A stretch of 27,765 nt of DNA from Verrucomicrobiales bacterium. GTDB taxonomy: Bacteria > Verrucomicrobiota > Verrucomicrobiia > Verrucomicrobiales > V1-33. The stretch covers positions 1 to 27,765 of the forward strand of contig JANOAV010000046.1 of assembly GCA_031411295.1 (NCBI GenBank). Direction: 5' to 3'. A program made the translations under genes and the position numbers. Each line of letters starts with the position of its first letter. The first letter of the stretch is position 1. Below, piece by piece: positions 7,137 to 17,471 of the stretch. Below the pieces are notes generated by a model that ran no database searches, was not told the origin of the DNA, and was given only the letters and a program-made list of their open reading frames with translations.

Positions 7137-9956
7137 TTAGCGAGTGATGGAGAAGCGGGCTTCCTGCAGCTTGGTGATGCGGTTGCCAGCTTCGCGCAGA
7201 TGGGCGCGCGAGTATGGGTCCAAGTTCGGGAGGTTCGCCACATTGGCTAGCTTGCCTTTGAGTCCATCGAGCTGGGCCAGGGCCAGATCGCTGATGGGCT
7301 TGGCGGCGGAACCGGTCATGCGGTTGTTGGCCAAGTCCAGCAGACGGTCCAAGTGCTCGCGCTGCAGATTCCGCCGCAGGCTGCTGATGAGCGGTTGGCG
7401 GCTGGTGTAGTTCTTGGCGGCATCGACTTTGTCCGTTTCGTTCCAAATGCTGTCGCGAATGGTGTCGAGCACTTCTGGTAGGGTCAGCGCGTCTTTGTCC
7501 CCGGCGGTGGCGAATTCATTGTCGTAAATGCGCGTCAGAGTGGTGGGATTGAGGGTGCTGGTGAGCACCGAGGCTTGGATGCCGAGGATTTTGTCGTGCA
7601 CGCCCCAAGTGGAATCGTCGAAGGAGTTTTCCAGATCGAACCACTTGTCCACCGAGAGGTGAGCCAGGAGGTCGGGGGTCAGACCGTAGGCTTCATCGGC
7701 AAAGGTGTTTTCCGTGATGAATTTCAGGGCGGCCCGTTGTTGATCCACCGGGATGATTTCAATTGGAGCACGTCCGTTAGGATCGCCCTTGCGATGGCGA
7801 TTGAGGTTACTGCCGCCGACCCAGCCGCTCATCATGGTGATGGCACGGATTTGGGTGCTGAGGGTGAGTTGATACCCCCTGCGAGCCTTAGCCCAGGAAT
7901 CACCCTCCTTAACGAACTTATCGAGGATCTTGGCACGATGGTTATTGGCCAACAGGATTTGGTTTTGGGCATAACTCAGTGGGTCCTTGGCGAAGTCATA
8001 GCGACGTGCCAGAGGATCAGGGCCCCAAGTGTCTTCATCGGTGGCGTATTGCAGTTGCGGTTCGGCCACTCGATCGAGGATTGGTTTCAGTTCCTTCTCA
8101 AAGCTATATCCGTATTGAATGGCCCATTCATCGTAAGGACCGACTGCGTTCATCCCGTAGTCACCCTGAGGGATGTCCTTGCCAGCTACAATGTTAATGG
8201 GGATGTAATCCATCACGGAGCCAGCGAAGGGCTTCTTGCCTTTGACGCTGTCACCGTTGATTTCAGCGTAGGTGTAAATACTGGACCCCTTGAAATTGTG
8301 GCGCAAGCCGAGGGTGTGGCCGACTTCATGCACGGTTAGGTTCATGAGCAGCGGCCCAATAAAGCTTTCCGGCACTCCGTCGATCATCTGGGCATCGGCG
8401 GCCGCTGGATGGCCTTCGGCAGCCAGGATTTCCATGGCCATGCTCATGTTAGCGAGACCTTCGACCTGGGCGTTGGCGAACGAGCAGAAACCATTCTGCT
8501 GACTGTAACGATTGACCAAACCGTCGAATTCACCGCCGCCCAGCATGCCTTTACCGGCCAGGGCCATCGGGTGTCCGCCCATCTCAGGGAGCGGGGACCG
8601 GCTGCGTTCGTCCAGCATTTTTTGGCGTTTGTCCGGAGCGGTTAAGCGGATGCGTGGATCCCATTGCGGGTTTTGATAGAGCCATTCCATCGTGTCCGGG
8701 GGCATGCCTTCCATGGCGAGTTGCGGGACGATATCGTTGAAATTAGTCCACCAATGGCGAATCCAGCCGTCGGTGAGAATGATATCAGCATCAAGAATCT
8801 GCCCCGTCAACGGATGCGTGCGGCTGGGCCCGATGGCCGTGCCCGCTCCATTGCTGAGCCAGCGGATGAAGTTATAGCGCACATCTTCCGGATTCTTCTC
8901 CATGTTTTCCCCAGTGACGGCATCTTGGAAGCGCACTTCGATGGCGTTGACCAAGCCCACTTTTTCGAAGGCCTTGTTCCACATCAGGACCCCATCCTTG
9001 ACCCAACGACGGTAGCGGATCGGGGTGCTGTGTTCGACGTAGAAAATGATGGGGTTTTTCGGCGGGCTCAGCTGTAGGTTGGGATCAGCCTTTTCCAAGA
9101 ACCAACGATTCACGTAGCGCATGCGGGTCTTGTCCGGCTCAAATTTACCAAAGTCTGTATAGTGAGTCGTGAAGTAACCGATGCGTTCGTCGGCCAGACG
9201 CGGCGTGTAGCCCGTGCTGTCCGGCATGAGGCTGAAGCTATAATGGAAGGTCTTGAGTTGACCATCCGCAGTGGGGGCTTCGAAACCGAGTTCCGCATTG
9301 TTAGGGAAGGCCTTGAGCGTTTTGATACTGGCCAGGTTGCGGTTCAGACCATTCGCGTGTGGTCCAAAGAACTTGCTGGCCATGCCAACACACAATTCAT
9401 CCATATCAATGATCGGTCCACCGTTGGGCACGATCCCCAGAATCGGCACGTCCAGGAGCACTTTGTCGGTATAGATCCGCTTGACTGACCCCTGCGACTC
9501 CTGGTCTCCACTGCTGCGGACATCAAGATTGGGCATGACTAGGGCCAGACGCTTGCCGTATTGCCGCCAGTAGAAATAAATATCGCCTGCTTGCAAGCCT
9601 GCATAGGCCTCGCCACTGGCGACCGTCATGGCTACGAAATGTTTCTGTTGGGCGTAGGTCTTGGGCAGTTCGGCCAGAACTTGGGAGTCTTTGGCCCGCT
9701 GGTAGAGGGTATAGAAAGATTTCGCGCCATCGGCGGTGGAAATGACTCTTTCAAATCCCTCCAGCGTCTTTTCGACCGGAGGAAAATCGGGCTCAGCTGG
9801 CTTGGCTGGGGCTGGGGCGCCGGGGGCCGCTTGTGGGGCGGGAGCTGCTGGTGGGGCACCGGGGGCGGCATCTTCAGTTTGCTGAGCCGGAGAACTCAGC
9901 AGGCTGATAGCCAAGGCCAGCGGGGTGGCGAAGCGGGGTGAGAAGTGTAAAATCAT
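7137..9956 (-). CDS. Secreted zinc-dependent metalloprotease (metzincin; DUF5117/DUF4953, EcxA-like)
   Basis: Signal peptide and Pro/Ala linker, then PRLADERIGYF, KNPIIFY, EDVRYNFIRW and HPLTGQILDADI. Zinc motif HEVGHTLGLRHN, Met-turn SVMDY, and GPYDEWAIQYGY. Confidence 0.9.
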   Translation of the reverse strand: MILHFSPRFATPLALAISLLSSPAQQTEDAAPGAPPAAPAPQAAPGAPAPAKPAEPDFPPVEKTLEGFERVISTADGAKSFYTLYQRAKDSQVLAELPKTYAQQKHFVAMTVASGEAYAGLQAGDIYFYWRQYGKRLALVMPNLDVRSSGDQESQGSVKRIYTDKVLLDVPILGIVPNGGPIIDMDELCVGMASKFFGPHANGLNRNLASIKTLKAFPNNAELGFEAPTADGQLKTFHYSFSLMPDSTGYTPRLADERIGYFTTHYTDFGKFEPDKTRMRYVNRWFLEKADPNLQLSPPKNPIIFYVEHSTPIRYRRWVKDGVLMWNKAFEKVGLVNAIEVRFQDAVTGENMEKNPEDVRYNFIRWLSNGAGTAIGPSRTHPLTGQILDADIILTDGWIRHWWTNFNDIVPQLAMEGMPPDTMEWLYQNPQWDPRIRLTAPDKRQKMLDERSRSPLPEMGGHPMALAGKGMLGGGEFDGLVNRYSQQNGFCSFANAQVEGLANMSMAMEILAAEGHPAAADAQMIDGVPESFIGPLLMNLTVHEVGHTLGLRHNFKGSSIYTYAEINGDSVKGKKPFAGSVMDYIPINIVAGKDIPQGDYGMNAVGPYDEWAIQYGYSFEKELKPILDRVAEPQLQYATDEDTWGPDPLARRYDFAKDPLSYAQNQILLANNHRAKILDKFVKEGDSWAKARRGYQLTLSTQIRAITMMSGWVGGSNLNRHRKGDPNGRAPIEIIPVDQQRAALKFITENTFADEAYGLTPDLLAHLSVDKWFDLENSFDDSTWGVHDKILGIQASVLTSTLNPTTLTRIYDNEFATAGDKDALTLPEVLDTIRDSIWNETDKVDAAKNYTSRQPLISSLRRNLQREHLDRLLDLANNRMTGSAAKPISDLALAQLDGLKGKLANVANLPNLDPYSRAHLREAGNRITKLQEARFSITR

Positions 9957-10232
9957 GGTTCGGGAATGTTAATAATTTCTAGAAAGCAAATAATGAGAGA
10001 ACGTTAAATTTCCAGTAATTCTAGTCAATAAGACAAGGATGGCAAGAAAAATTGTAAAAAGTGCGCAGGAAAGCGGCACCGTGAGCGCGGACCGTCTGAG
10101 AACCTGGGATCAAATCATTGCCGCACTTGGATCCTACGTCCGCGGGCTTCATAAAGTTGCGTGGATCAGCCACTCGTTTACGCCCCCGCTACGTCATCAG
10201 GGACTTGTCAGCCCGGGAATTCCGCGTCATTA

Positions 10233-13200
10233 ATGACCATGACTTGGAAACTCCCCGCGTATTGCCTGTTGGCCGGAACAGCAATCCTAACGCTTCCTGC
10301 CACAGCGGAAAATTTCACCCCAGACCAGATCACCTTTTTCGAAACCAAGGTGCGTCCGGTGCTGGTAGAGAATTGCTACGGCTGTCATTCTGCCAGCAAG
10401 CAGAACAACGGCCTGCGTTTGGATGGACGGGAATTTATCCTTAAAGGGAGCGATTATGGCCCCGTGGTGGTGCCCGGAAATATTGAAGGCAGCAAGCTGA
10501 TTCACGCGGTGCGTCAGGATGGCGGCATGAGCGCGGAGGCCATGCCCAAGGAGAAACCAAAACTGTCAGCGGCCGCCATCGCAGACCTCAGCGAGTGGAT
10601 CCAGCAAGGCCTGCCCTGGCCCAACGAAACGCCGCCAGCGCTAACCCACACCACGCCAGATCCCCGCAAGCACTGGGCCTTCCAGCCCGTGGTCGCGCCA
10701 GCCTTGCCGGAGGTGAAGCAAAAGGAGCTGGTGTATCAACCGCTCGATGCCTTTGTCCTAGCTAAACTCGAAGCCCAAGGCCTTACCCTCTCACCCAAAA
10801 TTGAGCGTGGCGCAAGGTTGCGCCGGCTTTATGTGGACTTGCTGGGTTTCCCGCCCACCTTCGAACAAGTCCAGGCCTTCATCAGCGACAAAGCACCCGA
10901 TGCCTACATGCGCCAAGTCGATGCCCTGCTCAAGTCCCCGCACTTTGGCGAGCGCTGGGGGCGCTACTGGCTGGATATCGCGCGTTATGCGGATACGAAA
11001 GGCTACGTTTTCCAGGAGGAACGGCGGTATCCGTTCGCTTACACCTATCGGGATTGGGTCATTCGCGCCTTGAACGCCGATATGCCATTCGATGAGTTCC
11101 TGCGCCACCAAATTGCCGCCGATCAAATTAACCCGCCAGAGCACAAGGAAAACCTCGCAGCTCTGGGGTTCCTCACCTTGGGCCGACGTTTCTTGAACGC
11201 GGAGCCAGACATCATCGACGATCGGTTGGATGTTATTTTCCGGGGCACCCAAGCGATGACCGTAGGTTGCGCCCGGTGCCATGATCATAAATTTGATCCC
11301 ATCCCCACGGCGGATTACTACAGTCTCTATGGGGTGCTAGCGTCCTCCATGGAGCCGAAGGATCTTCCTGAGTTGCCAGGAGTCGAGCGGACGCCTGAAG
11401 TGGAAAAATTTGAAGCTGATCTTAAAGCCAAGGAAGCCAAAATCCCAGAGTATCGACAAGAAAGGCACGCCGAGATGATGAAGCCCGAAGCGATGGAGAA
11501 ATATCTCCTGGGTGCCATGGATGCGGCAGGGAAGCAGGATGAGGAAATAAAGAAGTTGGCCAAGGAGCGCGGCATTTATCTGCCGGTGCTGCAACGCTGG
11601 AAGAAACTGCTGGAGCAGGGGAACGATGCCATGTTTGGGTTGTGGCAGAGCGGGGTGAAGGTGCCGGTGGAAAAATTTGCCGAACAGTTCAGCGGCGTCA
11701 TCAACGCTGCGGATGCCGCGCAGAAATTCAGCCCCGTCGTGCTTCAGGCCATAAAGCAGAGTCCACCGAAAAATCGCGAGGAACTCGCCAAAGCCTATGC
11801 ACGCATGTTTGCGGAAGCCCCTGGCAAACCAGACTATGCTCCGTTGAAGGATGCGATCATGGCACCGGAAGGCCCCATGGGAGTGAAACCGGAAGAGCTG
11901 GAGCCCTTCTTCACGCGCAATGAAGTGGAACACGTGCGGGAACTCAAGAAGCAAGTGGAAGGATTCAAGGCCACCAGTCCAGCGGCCCCGCCTCGCGCCA
12001 TGGCCATGCAGGATAAGCCCCAACCAGTAGAGCCCTATATTTTCGTCCGCGGCAACCAGGGACGCAACGGGGGGAAAGTTCCCCGCCAGTTTCTCAAAGT
12101 GCTCAGCGGTCCAGAGCGCAAGCCCTTCACCAAAGGCAGCGGGCGCGCGGAACTGGCCAGCGAGCTTAGCAGCAAGCAGAACCCGCTCACGGCCAGAGTC
12201 TTCGTCAACCGAGTTTGGGGCCATCTCATGGGGGCGCCCATGGTCGATACCCAGAGCGACTTCGGTGTGCGCACGGCTCCACCGCCCAATCCTGAATTAC
12301 TCGACCACTTGGCCGCCAGTTTCATGGCTCGCAACTGGAGCGTAAAGCAACTCATCAGGGAAATCCTCCTCAGCGCCACCTACCAGCAACAGAGCGTGCT
12401 CCTGCCCGCCGCTGCCGCCAAGGATCCGAACAACCAACTCCTGTGGCGCATGAACCCCAAGCGCATGGATTTCGAGGCCTTGCGGGATAGTCTGTTAGCA
12501 GTTTCAGGAAATGCCGACTTCACCCAGTTCGGCAAATCCGTCGAAATCTTCACGGCCCCCTACAGCAAGCGACGCAGCATTTACGGCTTCATCGATCGGC
12601 AGAATCTGCCCGGAACCTTCCGCACGTTCGACTTTGCCAGCCCCGACAGCCATGCGCCGAAGCGCTTCGAAACCACCGTGCCCCAGCAGGCGCTCTATTT
12701 GCTCAACAATCCTTTCGTCCAAGAGCAGGCTCAGAAGCTAACCGAAAGCATTGGGGGCTTGTCCAGCAACGAAGAGAAAGCCCGCACCTTGATCCGTCGC
12801 GTGCTCAGTCGCGAAGCCAGTCCTGAGGATATCACCCGGGCGGTAAACTTCGTGAATACCCCCACCGGCAGTCCGCAGACTGGCAGCGCATGGAGCTATG
12901 GCTACGGCGGATGGGATGCTCCTAGCAAGGTGGTTAAATTTACCCCCTACCCTCATTACAGTAAATCCCGCTGGGGAGGATCCGAAGCCAATCCTGACCC
13001 AAAGATCGGCTGGTCCCAACTTGGAAGCGATCACGGACACCCCGGAGAAACCGGCTTTGCCGCCATCCGCCGTTGGACCGCAGAAACTACGGGCACAATC
13101 AACCTCACAGGCGAGGTCAAGCTTCCAGGCGCAGGCGGCACCGGCATTTTGGCACAAATCGTTTCCAATCGAGCTGGACTGTTAGGGGAATGGAAACTCC

Positions 13201-13451
13201 AGCCCACCGGCAGCGTCAACGCAGTGGCTAGCAACGTTGCCGTGCAAGCCGGTGACACCATTGATTTTCTGGTGGATTGTGCCGGAGACACTAACACCGA
13301 CAGCTTCCACTGGATCCCGCAAATCAAAGACGCCACTACTGGCAAGTCCCTGGCCAATGCTAAAGAGGACTTCACTGGTCCCGGCCCCAGTCCCTGGCAG
13401 GAACTAGCCCAAGCGCTCCTCTGCACCAACGAGTTTATCTTTCTCGACTAG
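10233..13451 (+). CDS. Planctomycete cytochrome c / DUF1549 / DUF1553 (PSD1) domain protein
   Basis: Signal peptide from ATG 10233 or 10239. FFETKVRPVLVENCYGCH (heme site 1), HWAFQP, PHFGERWGRYWLDIARYAD, GCARCHDHKFDP (heme site 2), NPLTARVFVNRVW, PELLDHLA, TTVPQQALYLLN, and C-terminal LLCTNEFIFLD. Confidence 0.92.
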   Translation: MTMTWKLPAYCLLAGTAILTLPATAENFTPDQITFFETKVRPVLVENCYGCHSASKQNNGLRLDGREFILKGSDYGPVVVPGNIEGSKLIHAVRQDGGMSAEAMPKEKPKLSAAAIADLSEWIQQGLPWPNETPPALTHTTPDPRKHWAFQPVVAPALPEVKQKELVYQPLDAFVLAKLEAQGLTLSPKIERGARLRRLYVDLLGFPPTFEQVQAFISDKAPDAYMRQVDALLKSPHFGERWGRYWLDIARYADTKGYVFQEERRYPFAYTYRDWVIRALNADMPFDEFLRHQIAADQINPPEHKENLAALGFLTLGRRFLNAEPDIIDDRLDVIFRGTQAMTVGCARCHDHKFDPIPTADYYSLYGVLASSMEPKDLPELPGVERTPEVEKFEADLKAKEAKIPEYRQERHAEMMKPEAMEKYLLGAMDAAGKQDEEIKKLAKERGIYLPVLQRWKKLLEQGNDAMFGLWQSGVKVPVEKFAEQFSGVINAADAAQKFSPVVLQAIKQSPPKNREELAKAYARMFAEAPGKPDYAPLKDAIMAPEGPMGVKPEELEPFFTRNEVEHVRELKKQVEGFKATSPAAPPRAMAMQDKPQPVEPYIFVRGNQGRNGGKVPRQFLKVLSGPERKPFTKGSGRAELASELSSKQNPLTARVFVNRVWGHLMGAPMVDTQSDFGVRTAPPPNPELLDHLAASFMARNWSVKQLIREILLSATYQQQSVLLPAAAAKDPNNQLLWRMNPKRMDFEALRDSLLAVSGNADFTQFGKSVEIFTAPYSKRRSIYGFIDRQNLPGTFRTFDFASPDSHAPKRFETTVPQQALYLLNNPFVQEQAQKLTESIGGLSSNEEKARTLIRRVLSREASPEDITRAVNFVNTPTGSPQTGSAWSYGYGGWDAPSKVVKFTPYPHYSKSRWGGSEANPDPKIGWSQLGSDHGHPGETGFAAIRRWTAETTGTINLTGEVKLPGAGGTGILAQIVSNRAGLLGEWKLQPTGSVNAVASNVAVQAGDTIDFLVDCAGDTNTDSFHWIPQIKDATTGKSLANAKEDFTGPGPSPWQELAQALLCTNEFIFLD

Positions 13452-15439
13452 ACCTCAAGGCTGGCCCACATTTCCTGGATCTCTTCCACAAAGCCACTCG
13501 AGAGGATGGGGAAACGACACCAAGTCTTGGGGTCGAGGTTCTCATCATCGACGTGGAAGGACGGAGCGTAGCGCTCACGTTTCCATTGGTTGCGGCACCA
13601 GAGTTGGAAGAAGCGTTCCACCCAGGCTGCGAGTTGGCGGGGAGCGTATTGGGGGAACTCCAAGCGCATGGCGGCATAAACATCGCGTGGCAGATGCTTA
13701 TCGCGGATGGCAGCGCGTTCGATGGCATCCAGCAGCGGATAGGGCATGAGGTCGTCCTCGTCGGTCTGTTTGTTTTCCGCTGGACGCAGTTCGGCAGTGG
13801 GGGCTTGGACGTTGATGACCTTGAGTGTAGGAAACGCGTGCAGGCCTTGGGGGCCTTGGGCTTCCATCCAGCGTAGCCAGGCGCGGAGGAAGGCTTTATC
13901 GATCCCAGCAATGGGGCTGAGACCGCCGCTGGTATCGCCATCCATGGTGGCATAGCCCACGGCGGCTTCGCTGCGATTACTGGTGCTGAGCAGCAGGGCG
14001 CCTTTGATATTGGCGATCATCCAGATGCCGGGCGAGCGCACCCGGGCTTGGATGTTTTGCAGGGCTACGTCGTCCTGCTCCCAAGTAAGTGGGCGTCCCA
14101 GTCCAGTGCTGACCATGGCAACGTAGCCTTTGACCAGGGCGGAAATATCGAATTCCAGATGGGTGGCCCCGATGCTGTGCGCCACCGTTTCCGCGGCCTG
14201 ACGGGTGATGGCACCGCTGTTCTCACTCGCTTGATAGGCTGTAGTTAGGATTTGGCCCATCAACTCATCGACCGATTGGCAGGGTTGAAGGCGTTTGAAA
14301 TAACCGAGCCGTTGCTTGAATCCATCCAAGCCCAATTCAGCCACTGCCATTTCGACCATGAGCCGGATCAACACGGAAATCGCGGCTGAGTCCGCGCCAC
14401 CACTGAGCGAGACCACGAAGCCGTGGCTGTGGCTCTTGCGCATATAGTCGAACAGCGCCAGCGGGACGACACGCGACCATTCTTCCAGCTTGGCATCCTC
14501 TAATCGGGCTTCCCAAGCGGCAGGTTCGACGAGGTTGCGCTCCGGTGCCACCGTGGGCCACGTGAAGGGCACGGTCACGAGTCCGTCCACGTCGTCCTGT
14601 AAATTGGGTCGATAGCTGGCCGTGCGGGCTTGATTCATCCGCGTGGCGTCGATGTCGATCACGGCAGAAGTTACCAGCACTTCTTGGTAGGAAAAGCGCG
14701 GACCAGTTGCGATCATGCGGCCTTGGCTGGCGATCATGGCCTCCCCGTCGAAGATGGCGCGACCGCTCTCATTGCCCAGCAGATTGGCGTAGAGATAGCT
14801 GACCCCAAAAGCGCGGGAGCCTTCCAGGACGAAGCGTTGGCGCACGCTGTTTTTACCGAAGGCGAAGTGGCTGGCGCTGGGATTGAGGATGAGGTCCACC
14901 CCTTTCAACGCCAGATCCATCCCGGGTCGATTCGCTACCCAGGCGTCTTCACAGATTTCGAAGCCTAACTTGATTCCCCCGACCGAGAAACAGAGGTCGC
15001 CCAGCGGATAGGATTCGCCCCAGAGGGAAATTTCCTGCTGCACGCCTTGCGGCCACGGCTTGAACCACCGCGGTTCATAGTGGATGCCATCCCCGGCCAG
15101 GAACCGTTTCCCAACGAAACCAGCGATGCGGCCATCCACGACCAAGCACGCGGTATTGAAGATGCCATTCTGATGCAGCAGCGGCAGACCGAAGGAAACG
15201 ACCAAACCCTTGGTCGCTGGCAAACATTGCTGCAGGCTGGCCAGCGCATGTGCTTGCAGACCGGGAGAGTGGAACATGTCCTCGCAGCCATAGCCCGTGA
15301 GACAGAGTTCCGGCAAGCAGACCACAGACGCTCCCTGTGCCCGCGCGGCAGTAAGCGCCTGGAGGATGCGAGAACGATTTCCTGCCCAATCCATGGGCAC
15401 TTGATTGAGGACGGCGGCGGCTACCTTGAGCAATTTCAT
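13448..15439 (-). CDS. nadE: Glutamine-dependent NAD(+) synthetase
   Basis: N-terminal nitrilase/CN-hydrolase domain (LPELCLTGY, K..LA...YEPRWF, EICED) fused to NAD synthetase (SLSGGADS, QNIQARVR, TSNRSE..VGYATMDGD, PTAELRP, NQWKR). Start ATG 15439. Convergent 4-nt stop overlap (CTAG) with the DUF1553 gene. Confidence 0.95.
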   Translation of the reverse strand: MKLLKVAAAVLNQVPMDWAGNRSRILQALTAARAQGASVVCLPELCLTGYGCEDMFHSPGLQAHALASLQQCLPATKGLVVSFGLPLLHQNGIFNTACLVVDGRIAGFVGKRFLAGDGIHYEPRWFKPWPQGVQQEISLWGESYPLGDLCFSVGGIKLGFEICEDAWVANRPGMDLALKGVDLILNPSASHFAFGKNSVRQRFVLEGSRAFGVSYLYANLLGNESGRAIFDGEAMIASQGRMIATGPRFSYQEVLVTSAVIDIDATRMNQARTASYRPNLQDDVDGLVTVPFTWPTVAPERNLVEPAAWEARLEDAKLEEWSRVVPLALFDYMRKSHSHGFVVSLSGGADSAAISVLIRLMVEMAVAELGLDGFKQRLGYFKRLQPCQSVDELMGQILTTAYQASENSGAITRQAAETVAHSIGATHLEFDISALVKGYVAMVSTGLGRPLTWEQDDVALQNIQARVRSPGIWMIANIKGALLLSTSNRSEAAVGYATMDGDTSGGLSPIAGIDKAFLRAWLRWMEAQGPQGLHAFPTLKVINVQAPTAELRPAENKQTDEDDLMPYPLLDAIERAAIRDKHLPRDVYAAMRLEFPQYAPRQLAAWVERFFQLWCRNQWKRERYAPSFHVDDENLDPKTWCRFPILSSGFVEEIQEMWASLEV

Positions 15440-15507
15440 GTGACTGGCAGCATGAACGCTGGTGCGAAGTTCGCAAGCCAGAAGCGTGCCGCAGCGACAC
15501 AATCACT

Positions 15508-17277
15508 CTAGCTGTCTGCGTCCTTTCTGGCAGCCTTGATTAAATCCTCCTTTTGCGACCGATTCCGTTCAATGGTATCACGATTCTCCCGCAGCGCCTG
15601 CAGATTCAGTAACAATGGAGCGATGCGGGGGATTTTGTCTGCACCAGCCTCCTCAAAAAGATCTGGCCGGGTGCTTTGGAGTTCGTGGAGCCTGTTTTCG
15701 AGATAAGCAATCCCGGTCCGCGTTCCCTCCAAGTTCGAGAGCGCAGCTCCACAGAGGCCTTCGCTCGTGAGGAACGCTCTTTCCGCCATGATAACATCAT
15801 AGCGTCGGCCCAACGGATCAACCTCGTTGCGGCGTTTAAGTTCCTTCATGGCATTATTGATTTCCTTATGAATGGCCAGCGTTTCTTGGAACTCAGCGGC
15901 CAGATTCGTGGTATATTGCAGATTGGAATACCCGCGAATACTGAGCGGATAGGCCTGCACGACATCCTCGGCCAAGGTTCCAAAAGACCGCCAGACTTGG
16001 CTGCGTTTCATCGTCATGCACGAGAAAATGAAGACCACACTGCCCCCGAGGAGTCCCATCAACCGGGGGACTGATTGAATGCGCGCCTGGGGCAATTTTG
16101 TCATCCAATGAGCCAAGCTTGTCAGGGCCAGAGCAAAGCAGAGACCCACCCACAGCATGCTTGGATACGTGCGATATTCCACCATGACTTCGTGGCTCGT
16201 ATAAGGCCAGCGGATTACAATCGGGGTCATGATCAGCAGGAGGACAATGGCCAAATTTCCCGGCAGCGTGCGACGCTTTTTCCATGCCAGGATCAGACAT
16301 CCAAGTCCCAGTAAGAGCACAAAACAAAGTTTCACCACCGCTTCGGCGTCCGCCCAGGTAGTGCTCCAGGCAATTAAATGATCGCTGCACAAGCCAGTGG
16401 GAACAATCATGCGGCTGGCATATTCCCAGAAGACACGGCCTTGGGTCAGAATGTGCGAAGAGTAAGTGTAATCCATGTTAGCCAAGTGCCACTGATACCA
16501 GGTCGCCATGGTCTTAATCGTGGTGGCGGCATAGATGCAGCAGCCGACAAATAACACCTGCATCCACCGATTCGTCTTCAAGAGCCCAAGCCAGACTCCC
16601 ATGTGGGGAGCCAGGAAGCAGAATAAAATGAAGCTCTGGACCACCGCGATCGGGAAGCCATAGGGATAGCAAATACTAGCAAAACCCAAGGCGCCAATCC
16701 AGGCAGCGAAATGTTTCACCTGCATGGTCACCACCAAGCGGAGTGCGGCATAGCAGGCCAGAATGGAACTGAGGCCCACGAGTTGCATGTAAAAGCATTT
16801 CGCATAATGCACGGGTTCGCTGCATAAGGGGTGGACGAGGAAGATGAGGGCGGCCCAGAAGGAGATGCTGGAGGCTTTTTCCGGCGTTTTGACGAAATTA
16901 CTGACCAGCAGAAACTGCTTCAGCGTCGCCCTTCCCAGCAGAGCCAGCAGGAGATGGCTCAGGAGGGTCCACAGGTGAAAAGCCACTGCCGATGGACCGA
17001 AATAATCATAGGTCAGCTTGAAGATCGCGGTGGGAACAAGCATTGACCTAGGGGTTTGCATCGCCTCTGGGGTTTCCTGGCCAAGGATGGTGTAGCCGAA
17101 CAATTTCACGAAAGTCGGCGGTTGCCCCGTGTAGTCCGCCTTCACAATGAACATGTAATCGTCCATGTAAAAGTCCGCTTTCAGGCAGCCGCTGCAAACA
17201 ATCAACCCCACGACAAGCAGCAGCAGGGTGCTTTGGTGTTTCCGGAGCCAAGAAACTAGTAAATTATTAGAAATCAT
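15508..17277 (-). CDS. Polytopic membrane protein, GT-C fold, TMTC-like protein O-glycosyltransferase family (putative)
   Basis: Acidic DD motif after TM1 (FYMDDY), AALIFLVHPLCSEPVHY, YASRMIVPTGLCSDH, EYRTYPS and RSQVWRS. About 10-11 hydrophobic segments and a helical C-terminal tail. Confidence 0.65.
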   Translation of the reverse strand: MISNNLLVSWLRKHQSTLLLLVVGLIVCSGCLKADFYMDDYMFIVKADYTGQPPTFVKLFGYTILGQETPEAMQTPRSMLVPTAIFKLTYDYFGPSAVAFHLWTLLSHLLLALLGRATLKQFLLVSNFVKTPEKASSISFWAALIFLVHPLCSEPVHYAKCFYMQLVGLSSILACYAALRLVVTMQVKHFAAWIGALGFASICYPYGFPIAVVQSFILFCFLAPHMGVWLGLLKTNRWMQVLFVGCCIYAATTIKTMATWYQWHLANMDYTYSSHILTQGRVFWEYASRMIVPTGLCSDHLIAWSTTWADAEAVVKLCFVLLLGLGCLILAWKKRRTLPGNLAIVLLLIMTPIVIRWPYTSHEVMVEYRTYPSMLWVGLCFALALTSLAHWMTKLPQARIQSVPRLMGLLGGSVVFIFSCMTMKRSQVWRSFGTLAEDVVQAYPLSIRGYSNLQYTTNLAAEFQETLAIHKEINNAMKELKRRNEVDPLGRRYDVIMAERAFLTSEGLCGAALSNLEGTRTGIAYLENRLHELQSTRPDLFEEAGADKIPRIAPLLLNLQALRENRDTIERNRSQKEDLIKAARKDADS

Positions 17278-17471
17278 AAAGAAAAATTAGCATTTACTAT
17301 AATTATCACAAGTGATCTTTTCAATCGAGCCAAGTTTTTTTGCCGAAAGTTGGTTGCCGATGGCCTAGTTTGAGGACAAGAGTCTTCCTCATTCCTCTTC
17401 GAAGTGGCGATCGCTTGCCTCTTCTCTTAAGCCTGGCGTATCCCGGCCTTTCGATTTCAGGAATCGTCGTC

